Source: the human T2T-CHM13v2.0 reference genome, Homo sapiens. Taken from it: a stretch of 64,000 nt of DNA. The position numbers and the translations under genes are program-made. Below the pieces are notes generated by a model that saw only the letters and a list, made by a program, of their open reading frames with translations, ran no database searches and was not told where the DNA came from. Positions 26,140-41,995 of this stretch are shown piece after piece. How positions within the stretch are numbered: the first letter of the stretch is position 1; the number at the start of each line of letters is the position of its first letter. The stretch lies in NCBI RefSeq assembly GCF_009914755.1, contig NC_060938.1, one strand, 5' to 3'.

Positions 26140-27500
26140 TTTAAAGAGAAATAAAACCAGATTAAAAAAAAAAGAGATGGTTGAAGGAGATGGTAAAAGA
26201 TGAAAGATGGTCATGTGGGATTGAGATATTTTACAAATAGGAAATAGAGATGAGTGATAGGCTTGTCCAGTAAGACATCTTTGAGGAAGAGATAACTTAA
26301 ATGTTGTGAGTGTGCAAGCCACGTAGCTCCATGGAGGATATTCTAAAGAGAAGTAACAAAGCCAGCAAAAGCTCTAAAACAAAAATGTGATTGATATGTT
26401 CAAGGTATGACAAAAAGTCCAGCACGGCTGGATTGGAGTAAGCAGGCTAGAAGGTCATGGAAAATTAAGTTAAAGAATTTGGCAGAAGTCTGATGTTATA
26501 CGACACTTTGGAAATGTTACTGACTTCAAATTTTATTCCAAGTATGACCCAAAATCATTAGAGAGTTGAAGGCAACTCATAATATATTATATTTTAAAGT
26601 ATCTCCTCTCCTAAGAAGTGAAGAATAAACTGTAGGGACACAGAGACACCAGGAGTAGAATCAAAGAGGTAAGGTTAGATAGAGGTTATTGCTGTAGTCC
26701 AGGGGAAAAATCATTTTAGCTTAGAAAAAAATCAGAAATAGAAGATTTCTGATTGAATTAAAAATATAGTTTGATGATTGAAATACATAGTATTTGCAGA
26801 AAGATACCTGAAAAGTAGACAAAGAGAAAAATAAAGGATGAATACTTGATTATTGGCCTGAGCACCTGGGGTAAGGCTATGAAAATACCTCTTACTGAAA
26901 AGCCTAGGGCAGGGTTTAAAGAGATTAAGGAGAAATTAAGAGTTCTGTTTTACATGATAAATGTAAGATGTTTATTAAATATCAGTGGGAATATGTCAAG
27001 TAGGCAACTGGATACGTTTGGAAATCACAGGGGAGGTCATGGCAGGAGATAATAATCTGAAGGCCATCAATTTATTTAAACTCATTGAGCAGTATGAGGG
27101 CACCCAGGAATGGGTGTACATAGAAATTAGAAAAAGCTCATAATGGAGCCCTGACCTCTCAAGATGTTAAAGTTTGTAAGATGAGATGCAACAGCATGGG
27201 CTCTGAGAAACTATTGCTATAGAAGTAGGAATAGAACAAAGAGGGTATGATACACTATGGGCTAAGTAAAAATAAAGTAATGATTAACGATAATAATAAA
27301 GACTGATCAGTTGAACAGTCGCTACCAAGAGATTAAAAAAAGAAGAGAATGGAGAACTAACTCAATAGTCAATAGCCAATGTCATCAAAGCATTGGCTAC
27401 ATTTACAAGAGTGATTTTAGTGGATTATTGAGAACAACACACCAATTGGAGTAGGAAAAGCAGAAAGGGGCATATGAGGAAGGAGAAACAGTGAATAGAT
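26140..27500 (-). mobile_element. LINE-2 fragment
   Basis: Purine-rich antisense L2 motifs (aaagtccagcacggctggattggag, ggcctgagcacctggg, tcaagtaggcaactggatac). Confidence 0.7.
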
Positions 27501-27709
27501 AAAACAATATTCTACCACCCTAATTTTGGTAATTGTGAATATATGACACAATGTCCTTCTTCTTAGGAAGTACACATAAAATCATTTATGGGTACATGGT
27601 TATCATGTTTGCCACTTTTCTTTCAAATGCTTCAGAGCAGTAATATTTTCTAGAACTTTTTATATTAGGTAAGTAGAAATGAGTGGTGCAAGTAGGTCCA
27701 TTACAAGCT

Positions 27710-28952
27710 AGTAGTGGATGCTGTGATACGCTGCCCAATGTAGTGAATTCTTATGATTTGATGTCTCCTCACCATCCATTTGAAAACAGGAATAACTTTC
27801 TATACTAGGAGCATGGCTTAGTCATCCCTGACACAATTTTCAGTTCTCCACTTCTTTCCATTTCTCAGTGTGATTGATCAAACATCTACCTCATACAACG
27901 ACCTTCTGGTGACTACCTCCATATGCGATAGCTAGATACAACTGACTGTCTTACCCCACTGACCCCCAAATCCTGCGTGGACTTCACAGATACACCACAG
28001 CAACCACCTCTTGGTCACAGCATGACTCCATGGAACTCATGACTGCTCTAAATCTACCAATTAGAACTCCTCTGGGGAAATCTACCTAGGTAACACAATG
28101 GACCCCGGTAAAGGCCTGTGCCTGTAGGTCCCTTGCTCTCTCTTTTTTGCTCTGTATCTTCTGGTTGGGCAAGCATGTCCTGGACACCTCCCTCACCTTC
28201 CTTTTGGCTCTTCAAGGTGTACTTCCATCTTCTCTCTGTATTTGTAAATAATAAACTGTTTTTGTTATTTCATGTGTTTTGTTGGGTTGCCTCCTCTGTG
28301 TCTTACCTGACTGACACACCCAAATCTAACCTCTTTCCCAGTCAAGGCTCTCCTAGGGAGTAGCTAAGTTGGTACAAATACACTGGAAATAGGTTAGACA
28401 AGAGCTATTAGGTTGTCTGCCAGTGTGATTAACTTTTCTGTGAGAGGGACTCCTGGTCACACTTGGGCACTGGGCATTAGGCGTTAGGCTGTCTGCCACA
28501 ATAAAAAGTATCCCATGAAAAACACTCTGTAAAATTCACAGTTCCTCCACAGGAACCCTATTATGGCATGTTTGGAGTTTATACCCACTCTCCTGGGAGA
28601 GAGAACCCAAAACCAAAACACAACAACCAAATCTCTTATACCACTGTTGGGAGTGTGAATGAGACTATCCTTAGCCAGGGTATTTTCTAAGGCCACATCC
28701 CCACCTTGGAGACAACTCACATTCAATCACTGGTTGATGCTAGGATTCAAAGCCCCAGCCTCATTTATTCAGGTGGAACATCTCTAAGAATACTCTGTGG
28801 AATTGCCTGCATCATAGATCAACTTTTTTTCTTCATCCAATCTTTCTCCATTTCCTCCCTCTCATGTGTTTATCCTGAGTCCATTCCTCAATAAGCTTCT
28901 TGCACACAAATCTCCAACTGAGTTTGCTTTCCAGAAAAACTGATTTTAGATA
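27710..28952 (+). mobile_element. LTR16-like (ERVL) solo LTR interrupted by MER54
   Basis: Start gtagtggatgctgtgatacgctgccca; 3' part cctcaataagcttcttgcacacaaatctcc...ttccagaaaaactgattttagata. Confidence 0.65.
27739..28625 (+). mobile_element. MER54-like (ERVL) solo LTR
   Basis: Begins tgtagtgaattcttatgatt and ends ...cacaaca. About 890 bp, internal aataaa at ~28250. 5-bp TSD cccaa/accaa. Confidence 0.75.
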
Positions 28953-29374
28953 ACTAAGGAAGTATTTTGATATATATTTAATTATTTCATGTATATATTT
29001 TAATAACTATTAAACTAGTATCTCTTATTCTTTTAATTTTTATTTTTGTTTTTGTTTTTATTGTTTTTTTTCTGGCTATCATTGTTTGTCTGCTTTTTTC
29101 AAAGTAAATGTTAAAATCAACTTGTCAAAATTTGTTTTTTGAGTCAAAATAGCATTTATTTATTGAATACGTACATGCAAATAATACAAAAATAAAAGTT
29201 TCAAAAGGAGGGACAATTAAAAGCAAGAGTCCCCTGACTCAACCACTGAGTTCCCTTTTCCAGAAGTAATCATCAAGATCTGTTGTTATCACGGGAGATA
29301 GACAGAGACCTGTATTTTGTAAACTGTGATCCCAACCCAGTAATGGATGAATTTAGTGGGTTCTGACCAGCGTA

Positions 29375-29547
29375 TTTTTTTTATTATACTTTAAGTTTTA
29401 GGGTACATGTGCACAACATGCAGGTTTGTTACATATGTATACATGTGCCATGTTGGTGTGCTGCACCCATTAACTCGTCATTTAACATTAAGTATATCTC
29501 CTAATGCTATTCCTCACCCCTCCCCCCACCCCACAACAGGCCCCGGT
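29375..29547 (-). mobile_element. Short young L1PA (L1PA3-5-like) 3' end
   Basis: ttattatactttaagttttagggtacatgtgcacaac...ccacaacaggccccggt. Confidence 0.92.
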
Positions 29548-30975
29548 ATTCTTTCTAGACCTTATCAACTTACAAAGAATTGACTTTTTAATATTGACTT
29601 TTCCTATCTAAAAGCATGATAATTATTTCCATATATTCAAAATGTATTTAGTGCCTTCAGTAGTGTTTTAAAATTTGCTTTATATAGTTCTTTCAAATTT
29701 CTTTTTAAGTTTATTCCTAGGAATTTTATCTTTCCTGTTACTTCTTTAAATTGTAACATTGCTTTCATTAAAATAGTTTCTAAATAGCTGTTTGAAACAT
29801 AAGCAGTGGTAACGTATGTGTATTAATTTTGTACTTCTGTAACTAACTGCATTTTATTATTGCTTTAGTCATCTTTAGTTTTATTCCTTGAATTTTGTGG
29901 TTATGCCAGATACATAATCATATCTATTGCAAATGGTAATAATTGTAACCTTCTTTTCCATTGTTATACTCCTAATATATTTCTAATCTGGAATACATCT
30001 TAACACTGAAAATTTTCTTCCAATTCACATATGCTTATTTTTCAGTACTTTAGGTGTCTTATAAAATGTTACACACTCACACAAGTCTTCAAATACAGTA
30101 ATAAAAGTAACTCCCATGAACAAATCAAATGACTTGAGAATTAGGTCATTATTATTACATTAAATCTACTTGTTCAATTATTCCCAAGAGACTCTGTTGC
30201 CTTCCAACACATTTGTGTTTATTCTGGATTTTGAATGTCTCATTATCATTTCTCTTTGTTTATTTTGTCACATGTATAAAATGCGTGAGGAAATTTGTGA
30301 AGCCTTATAAATAATACTGTTAAATTTTATGTGTTCTTCTGCTGCTTGTTTTTATTCATGCAATATCTTCTAATATTTTCATTCATATTAGTAATCTATA
30401 TGACATAAATATAGCTTATGTGTTTTCACATCTATAAATTATATGACATATTTTATTTATTGAATCTTACATCAAATATTTAAGTTGTTCATAATCACTA
30501 GCTTTTATAAACAATGCAGCTATGAAGAGTTTGTACTTGTGAAAGTGCCCAAGAATCTCTCAGTAGGCTAAGCCTTGAAATTGAACTACTAAGCTATAGA
30601 GTATGTTCATATTTAATTTTAGTGGATAACATCCCATAACTTTCTAAAAATTGTTGAACCAATTTGTGATCTCCCCAGAAATATATGTGTCTCTATTGCT
30701 ATATATTCACCCAAAACTTAGTAATACAAAACTTGCCAACTTTCTGCCAGTATGATCCATGCAGTCATAATGCATTGTGGTCTTTTATGTATTTTCACAA
30801 TCACTAATGAATTTGAACATCTTTTCACATGGCTATTGACAATTGTCTTTTATATGAAAATACTACATGCTTTTTGTCTACCTTTATATTGATTTCATGT
30901 TGATTTATAAGACAACTTTAAACATTTTAGACATCTCTGGTTTCAAATTTTTTGTGTTATGAATATTTCTTCTGG
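29548..30975 (-). mobile_element. Old L1ME fragments (host also seen at ~29070-29130)
   Basis: Degenerate antisense ORF2/3' motifs (aagtttattcctaggaatttt, aatgcagctatgaa, tttgaacatcttttcacatg). Confidence 0.6.
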
Positions 30976-32394
30976 TGGCAGTCCACATGAATCTCAGGAA
31001 CTCATATATTCACATTTTGGCTTTTTGCTGTTGTTCTCAGTCTTTCTGGTTTAATCCATTTCATTTATTTTGCTTTAGGATATCCCTATTTCTTGTTTTT
31101 TCTTTGCTTCTATCTAGCCAACAGGCTATGAGCTCTTTAGGGAGCTTTGCTTCCTAGAATTTGGCATTAGTAACTTACACAGAATATACTAAATTTATGT
31201 TAAAAAAATGAAAAGGTAGATGTCAAATAATAAATAATTTTATAAGGAATAGCACAAATTATGAATGAAAACTGAAAAATAGTTTGTAAAGATGCTTAAG
31301 AGCTTAATTGCCTAGGACATGTGATAACCGAACAGAGATATTCTGCTCTGAGAGAAGAAGGCAAGAGAAGGAGGCTGGAAACTGTAAAGGCAAATTTCAA
31401 ACAACTCACAGCTTTGCCTTTGGCTAAACCTGAGGCTGAAACTGTTAGGTTTAGCAGAAAAGAGCAAGTACCAAAATTTTGAAATATTACTTACTAAAAG
31501 CCTAGATTGTTGTAGATTATTGTGTTTTTTAATATATAATATATTTACCATGTTGATTACCTGCCAGTTTCTTAAAGTGATAAAACAAGCCTTCATTTTT
31601 CACTTTGATGGTTTCAAAAGATATCATAGACTCATGGTTAGTAGGTGATGCTTTCCAATGATATATGCATAGTAGATAGTCTTGAACCTTAAAAGTAAGA
31701 ATTTCCCAGGAAAAAAAATATGTTTAAACTGGATTCAGCCTAAAGCAAAATTCCATTTATAATGTATTGATATTTGTGGTTGGTTCAATCACTGCAAAGA
31801 AATTATGTTAAAAAAGCAGTTTTTGTCACCTTAATGAAACTTAACTGTCACCCAATAAATGACAAGCAGTGCTAAGGTTTCACTTCTCTATATACCAAAA
31901 ACCTAGGAAGCTATGAAGTGTTCTAAATATAAACGTTTCTTTTACCATGGGACAATATTGAGGAACATCAAGTTTACAAAGTTCTAACTACAATAGAACA
32001 TTAAGTTTCACTCTTAATTAGTGATCTAAATGTCAATTTAAAATGTTTTCATTTCAAGGAATAAATGCATGTAGTGGGATTAGTGAAAATTTTTCTTTTA
32101 AATATCTCTAGGAGGGTTAAAATAATAATTCAATTTCATTCATCACTATTCTTTCCACTTAATAAAACTGAATAAACACTTTGTGAATCATAAAAAAATC
32201 TATAGTTTTTTCTGCAATTAGAAATAATATCATCTTCAGTCTTTTTTTTTTTCATCTTCAGTCTTACTAATCAGTTCATTTTGGTTTTAGATAATATCTT
32301 AAGTACAGGTGTGCATGTATACAGTGAAGTAGGTAGCTAATATTTACTAAATTTGGAAGCCATATACAAAATTTTAAAACATAAAAAGTATGTA

Positions 32395-32600
32395 GGAGAA
32401 GAATATAGAATTTAGTATGAGACAAATTAACTTTTAACTGCATGTAGTACCTATGCCACCAACTGTAAGACCTTAACCAATTATTTTATCTGAATTTCAG
32501 TTTCCTCACCAGTATTCAGTGGAGAAAAATTATACTTCTTTCAATTAGGTGAAGACAAAGTGAAATTGCAAATGTTAAATAAAATCACCTAAGAAATCAC
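32395..32600 (+). mobile_element. MIR fragment
   Basis: Core motif ctgtaagaccttaaccaatt...tcagtttcctcacc. Confidence 0.5.
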
Positions 32601-32889
32601 ATGTCAAATTGTTTTCTGTAAAATGCAAGACTCCATGTGGTGTTACGGTGTTATATAAAGCATTAAAAATTGTATTGAAAATGGTTTTTCTTGCAGAACA
32701 TTTTCCCAAGAAAACTATGCAGATAGGATCTTGGCTTACAGGAGTTTACAAACTCTTTTTATGTGACTTCAAATTAATAAGTGGAGTTTTGCTTAAGCTA
32801 TTAGAGAAATATATTGAATTCAAAAGAGTTTTCCTTTATCTGTTATCCTGTTACTAATCAAGTTTATGTTAACAGACTATACATACGGT

Positions 32890-33056
32890 TGAAGAACCAA
32901 TATATTTGAAATTCAGATATACAATAAATGGTTTAGTATAAGTATAACCCATAAAATATTTAGGACATACTTATAATAAAAATTATTCCTTGTTTATTTG
33001 AAATTCTAATTATGTTAGATTTTATGCATGTATATTTGCTAAATCTGGCAAACCTA
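32890..33056. mobile_element. MER53 (palindromic hAT MITE)
   Basis: tttgaaattcagat...tagtataagtataacccataaaatatttaggacatacttataata...tttgaaattc...aaatctggcaaacct. Confidence 0.75.
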
Positions 33057-33689
33057 AGTATAGTTCAGATTTTAGAAACAATTAATGCAAGATAGTATTG
33101 CAGAATAGCTATAAAATTGTAGGTAGTAAAGTACTCTGATTGTCAATTTCTCTTTCTCCTCCCGCTATTAATTGAGAACTTTATATTAACTAAGTTGTGT
33201 TTCCTTATTTACTGAAATTAGTACGGTGATTCAAAAATTATCTATAAATACATATTTCTAGGTTGAATTTGGAGAGCAAACATCTTGTAAAATGTAAGTA
33301 AAATATTCATTTGAAATATCACATATGTGATTTACTGTTATATAATTCTCTTATTTTGGAAGCACCATGAAGTTAATCATAAATATTATGTCACAACAAC
33401 TCTCCAGTATTATGTTTCGGGGATCTTCAACCAAAGCTATTTATGTAACTATAAAAAAATTGAATTTTTTTGTATTTGTGTATTGTTATTAAATATAAAT
33501 ATAATCATTTACCATGATGGCAAAGTGATCTTCCAAATTAGATTTTTTTAAATGCCTATAAATGCTGCAAAGGATAATATCCCACTTGAAAGTTAAATAG
33601 TGTGATTGCCAAAGCCCTTGAATATAATTTTACATGATCTAAATCAATACAGGAATAAGGACTTGCCTATGACAATTTTTACCAGTGTT

Positions 33690-36845
<3,156 letters not shown>

Positions 36846-36911
36846 ATGGCTTCCAAAATGTTAGTTGTTGAGTTAGGTGACTGAAAAATTGGAATTTTAA
36901 GAGATGCCGAC

Positions 36912-37679
36912 TGCTCTTATCTAAATGTTCATGTCCCTCCAAACTTCATATGCTAAAATTCTAAGCCCCCAAGATGATGATATCAGGAGGTGGGGCATTT
37001 GGGAAGTGATTAAGTCATATTAGGTCATATGGGATCAGAACCCTTACAAAATACACCTGAGCTGATATAGTTTGGATGTGTGTCCCTACCCAAATCTCAT
37101 ATTGAAATGTAATCCTCAAGCTGGAGGTGAGTCATGGTGGGAGGTAATTGGATCATGGGTGCAGGTTTCTAGTGAGTGGTTTAGCACCATCCTCCTTAGT
37201 ACTGTCCTCATGATAGTGAGTGAGTTCTTGTGAGATCTGGTTGTTTAAAAGTTTGCAGCACCTCCCCTTTTGCTCTCTTGCTCCCACTTTTACCACGTGA
37301 GGAGCCTGCCTCTGCTTCGCCTTCCACCGTGAGTAAAAGCTCCCTGAGGCCCCCTCAGAAGCAGATGGTACTATGCTTCCTGTGCCACCTGCAGAACCAT
37401 GAGCCGATTAAACCTCTTCTCTTTATAACTTACCCAGTTTCAGGTATTTTTTAAGGCAATGTGAGAATAGCATAATACAGGAACTCATTGGCCCCTTCTA
37501 CCATGTGAGGACAAAGCTAGAAGACTCTGTGAACCAGTGTGCACTCCCCGGACACCAAATCTGCCAGTGCCTTTATCTTGGACTTCCCAGCTTTCAGAGC
37601 TGTGAGAAATAAGTTACTGTTGTTTATAAGCCACTCAATTTTTGGTATTTTGCTATAGCAGCCTGAAGAGACTATGACA
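36912..37679 (+). mobile_element. MLT1A-like solo LTR interrupted by MST
   Basis: aatgttcatgtccctccaaacttcatatg...ttggacttcccagc...tgtgagaaataa...gactatgaca. Confidence 0.8.
37063..37479 (+). mobile_element. MSTA/MSTB solo LTR
   Basis: tgatatagtttggatgtgtgtccctacccaaatctcat...gattaaacctctt...cataataca. Confidence 0.85.
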
Positions 37680-38667
37680 CTTACCTACCTTACAGTTAAC
37701 ATAAGTATGAAGAAACCACCTGACAATTTGAAAGTCAACACATTCATCAAATTATTGTACAACCAAAGGCTGGGTCAAACTAAACTATGCAGCATACCTA
37801 GGCTTATGCATGAAGCTGTCTCCAGGTCATCTTACCATGTTGACAGTTCTTGCTTTGTTTTGTTTCATTTTCACAACACTTTGGATTTGTACTTTAAATA
37901 TTTGTCTTCTACAGGGGGGTTTGCTCCTAGAGGAGTATAATATACTACAAAATAGGACGATAAATTTAGAACATATCTTTATATGTGTTTAATTAAAATT
38001 TAAAATTAAGATTTAATAACATTTAACATGTAGTTAGAATAGCACCTTTCTTATGTCTATATCTGAGAAAACTTACAGGTATTGTGAGAGATTAGTGATA
38101 TTTCTACAAAGATGAGAACATTGCAGCTCTACTCCCAGTTTTTATTTTGATTGCAGAGTTTTCTGACATACTGTAATATGTATGTGGATGTTGAGTAGAG
38201 TCATGGATTATATTATCTAGTTTTTAACTACATATTATCAAGTAGAAAATAGCATAGAAATATCTAAACAAAAACGCGGATGAAAAAATTATTAACAATG
38301 AAAGCAAAAGAAAACAATGAAAAAGCCAAACCAGAAAGAATTATTGGTCAACCAAGATTACAATTATAATGATGAAAACACAACATGACACTAAAAAAAA
38401 AAAATCTTGCAACTGCTCTTCAATATAAATGTGACATCTTAACAAGAGAGATTGGAAATCATTTGTCAAAAACAGCCCTCATATTTTGAATATAATATTT
38501 TGGAAATTGTCATTATTATATGTTAGCATTGGCCAAGGAAATATAAGGAGGTTATCATTTCAGGAAATTTAAAATTGAAAATTTGAAAGACATAAAAAAT
38601 ATTTTCTAATCTTTAAAAAAGTTTCAATTAAGTAGATTCTGTATTCGTTTCAAATTATTTTTTAATT

Positions 38668-39720
38668 ATAAAAAACAAAAATAGAAAGTGGGACCTAATT
38701 AAGCTTAACTAAAGAGCTTCTGCACAGAAAATAAACTATCAACAGGGAAAATAGACAACCAAAGAATGAGAGAAGATATTTGCAAACTATGCATCCAACA
38801 AAGCCGCAATATCCAGAATGTATAGGAAACTTGAATCAACAAGTAAAAAACAAAGCCCAATAGGGTTTTAACCAAAAAAAAATTGGGCAAAAGGCATGAA
38901 TAGACACTTAAAAGAAGACATACAAGTGGCCAAGAAACATAAAAAATTCTCAGCATCATTCATCACGAGAGAATATGCAAATCAAAACCATAATGAGATA
39001 CTACCTCACACCAGTCAGAATGGCTATTATTAAATAGTCAAAAAATAACAGATGCTGGCAAGGCTGTGAAGAAAAGGAAATGTTTATACACCCTTGGTGG
39101 GAATGCAAATTAGTCTAGCTACTGTGGAAAGTAGTTGGAAGATGTCTTAAAGAACTTAAAATGGAGCTAACATTTGATCTAGCAATCCAATTACTGGGTA
39201 TACACCTAAAGGAAAATAGACAAAAAGACACTTGCACTTGTATGTTCATTGATGTGCTATTTATAACAGCAAAGACATGGAATCAACCCTGGTGCCCATC
39301 AATGGTAGATTGGATAAAGAAAATGTGGCACATATACACCATGGAATACTATGCAGCCATAAAAAATAATGAAATCCTGAACTTGCAGCAACATGGATGG
39401 AGCTGGAGGCCATTACCCTAAGCAAATTAACACAGGAATAGAAAAGTAAATACTCCTTATTCTCACTTATAAGTGGGAGCTAAATATTGAACACATGTGG
39501 ACATAAATATGGAAACAATAGATACTGCAGACTACTAGATGGTGGGGGATGGGTTGAAAAACTACCTATTGGGTACTATGCACACTATGTAAGTGACAGG
39601 ATCTGTACCCCAAACCTCGCCATCAGGTAAGATTCCCACGTAACAAGCCTGTATGTGTACCTCCTGTATCCAAAATATAAGTTGAAATGTTAAAATAAAT
39701 AAGTAAACAAGCAAAAGAAA
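38668..39720 (+). mobile_element. 5'-truncated L1PA15/16-like element
   Basis: ORF2 C-terminus (ORF 39161-39421). 3'UTR gggttgaaaaactacctattgggtactatg...ccccaaacctc and A-rich tail. Confidence 0.85.
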
Positions 39721-40329
39721 ATGCTAAAAAAAACTCAACTCCTGTTAATTAGTTTAAAAATATCACTGATTTACCTTGGGGAAGTAGATAATGACAGCTA
39801 ACTTTCAGTAACTACAAAAATCAGTAATTGTTAGCACGAACGAAAAAAAAAAAAAGAGCATCATACGTACTCAGGAGAATAATGCCCCTTAACAATTTGG
39901 CCCCCTCTAGAAAAATGTCATTTTCATTTATGACAAATTTAAGAATCAGATGAATTTAGACTTAAACCTTCTAATTACTATTGAATGAAGAGATAAGAAG
40001 GGAAACAAAGAAGGGAAATTTATAATTTACTGTCATCATAAATATTCATAAGCATGGATATTATTCTTGTTTTTCAGGGGGAAATCTAAGCCTCAGATAT
40101 CTTGAATAACTTTCCCAAATTAACACAGAGATTCATTGATTTAGGATTCAAATCCATTCTCCCTGACTCCTCAGTCAGCCTACCTGTACTTCCCTTGGAA
40201 GTTATTGTTTCTTTTAGCAGAAAATATTTTACCTTATTATATTAGATAGAATTATTTTTTCCCAACTTGTAGTTCATCTGTAAGAGATGCGTGAATGTCT
40301 GTCTCATTTACTTTAGGCTTGGTTATGTG

Positions 40330-40630
40330 TCATGTTTTATCCAATGAGATGGGACTACAATAACATTGCCCCATCATAGCAGAAGCTTTAAATAGGATTG
40401 TGTGATCCTTTCTGGCTCTCTTGTGCTTCTCTCCTCTACCTCCAGCATGGTACCCAGAACAAGTTTCTCTGGACCCAGCTGGAAAGTCATGGATTCCAGC
40501 TGAGTTCAGAGGAACTCCAGCCAATGAGCAGCTCTCATGTAATATGAGCAAAAAATAAAAGTTATTTTGTAAAACAACTAGATTATGTGAGTGATTTAAA
40601 TTTTTAATACTACTGCAAAAACTGAAAACA
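40330..40630 (+). mobile_element. Old MLT1 (MLT1I/J-like) LTR fragment
   Basis: ccaatgagatg...gcagaagctttaa...atgagcaaaaaataaaag...actgaaaaca. Confidence 0.5.
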
Positions 40631-41855
40631 TATATTCTATTCAACTTCAACTTTTATTGTGTCCTGCAAATATTTTATCAATATTTTAAAATAATGCACA
40701 TATAATGAGACCCACTACCTATTATTCTCAGACAAGGAAGATTCTGCCTTTATAGGCAAATAATATGATCTTGCAATTATGCAATAGTAGGAATGAATTT
40801 AGGGCACTGCAGAGAGTAATTATCTTATGTTCTTGTTATCTCCTTTGGGTCGTGTAGCAAGATTTTTTTCCAAGAAAAATCTCTCCTCTCCTGCAGCCCT
40901 CAAGAATTGAGTGAGCATGTATACAAAGAAAACTTTTATATGTACCAGTTGTAATTGAGACAACAAAAAAGAGTAATATCAAAACAATATTCAAAGAAAT
41001 TGTTTTCCATAAAATATTCTATAGCTGAAATTTACTTACTCATTGATTGCAGTCAAAGTATGCAAAAGCTGGTTATTCAGATCTCACTGGCCCACTATCA
41101 GAACTGTTTACCTAAAATGTAATTCTACATGATATTGCCAATTGATATTAAGTGCCATTATAAAAAAAATACAGTCTCGTGGAGCTCATTTCTGAGTCTC
41201 TTTTAAGAATAATTTGAAAATATTGTTTATTACACAGCAGAGAAATTTCTGTCTGCAATTTGTACAAAGAATAATATATTTTTTATTAGCAAATGTTTGT
41301 TTTGATCTTATCTTTGCAGTGAATTTGTCTAAGTAACCAGGTTCCCTTTGTTATTTTCAATATTAAAAAGATAAAGCTAAATTTGACATTCATTTTTCTT
41401 ACGTGTATTTTCTTCTTAGATCTATTATATTACCTTCTTGTTTGTTATTTTATTTCAATTTTTATCATTTCATATCCTATGTGCCATTGTAAATCCCCTA
41501 AAACTTATAAATTCCCTAGAACAAATTGTGGCATCATTTAAGAAATACAAATGTTATAAATGTTATATACATATATATAATTATAATTCTTACATGAATC
41601 TATACACATCTTTAACTGCTTTCCCAAAATACCAAAGTGATAAAACAATATATCTTTGGTTTCTTCATGTAAAAATTACTCTCTGTGTAATATCCAGGAT
41701 CTGTTTAAGCTCAAATAATATAACTCTATAAACTCTTCCTCTTAAAACTAACACTTAGGCAGCCATTTTCTTCTGCACTACCAATAAGAGTAATATAGAA
41801 ATAAACCTCCCTTTTACAATACCTACTTCTTTCACCTGGCTGTTAATTAAAGGAC

Positions 41856-41995
41856 CATGGTTCTCACACTTTCATGTGCATGTTAATCACCTTAGAATCT
41901 TGTTAAAATGCAGCTTCTGATTAGTAATTACGGAGGGTCTGAGATTCCACATTTCTTACAAGATGCTGCTGATGCTGCTTGTATTCAAATAACTA
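41856..41995. mobile_element. MER5A (hAT-Charlie) fragment
   Basis: catggttctcacactt...aatcacct...cttgttaaaatgcag...ctgatgctgct. Confidence 0.7.

Noticed and set aside
29026-29070. tattcttt plus T-rich tract as the TSD and tail of a larger transduction ending at 29554
   Set aside because: The intervening 29070-29130 is collinear host L1M sequence, so the 8-bp match is probably chance.
32890-33056. Long imperfect hairpin as a novel ncRNA or pre-miRNA
   Set aside because: Explained by the palindromic MER53 MITE.
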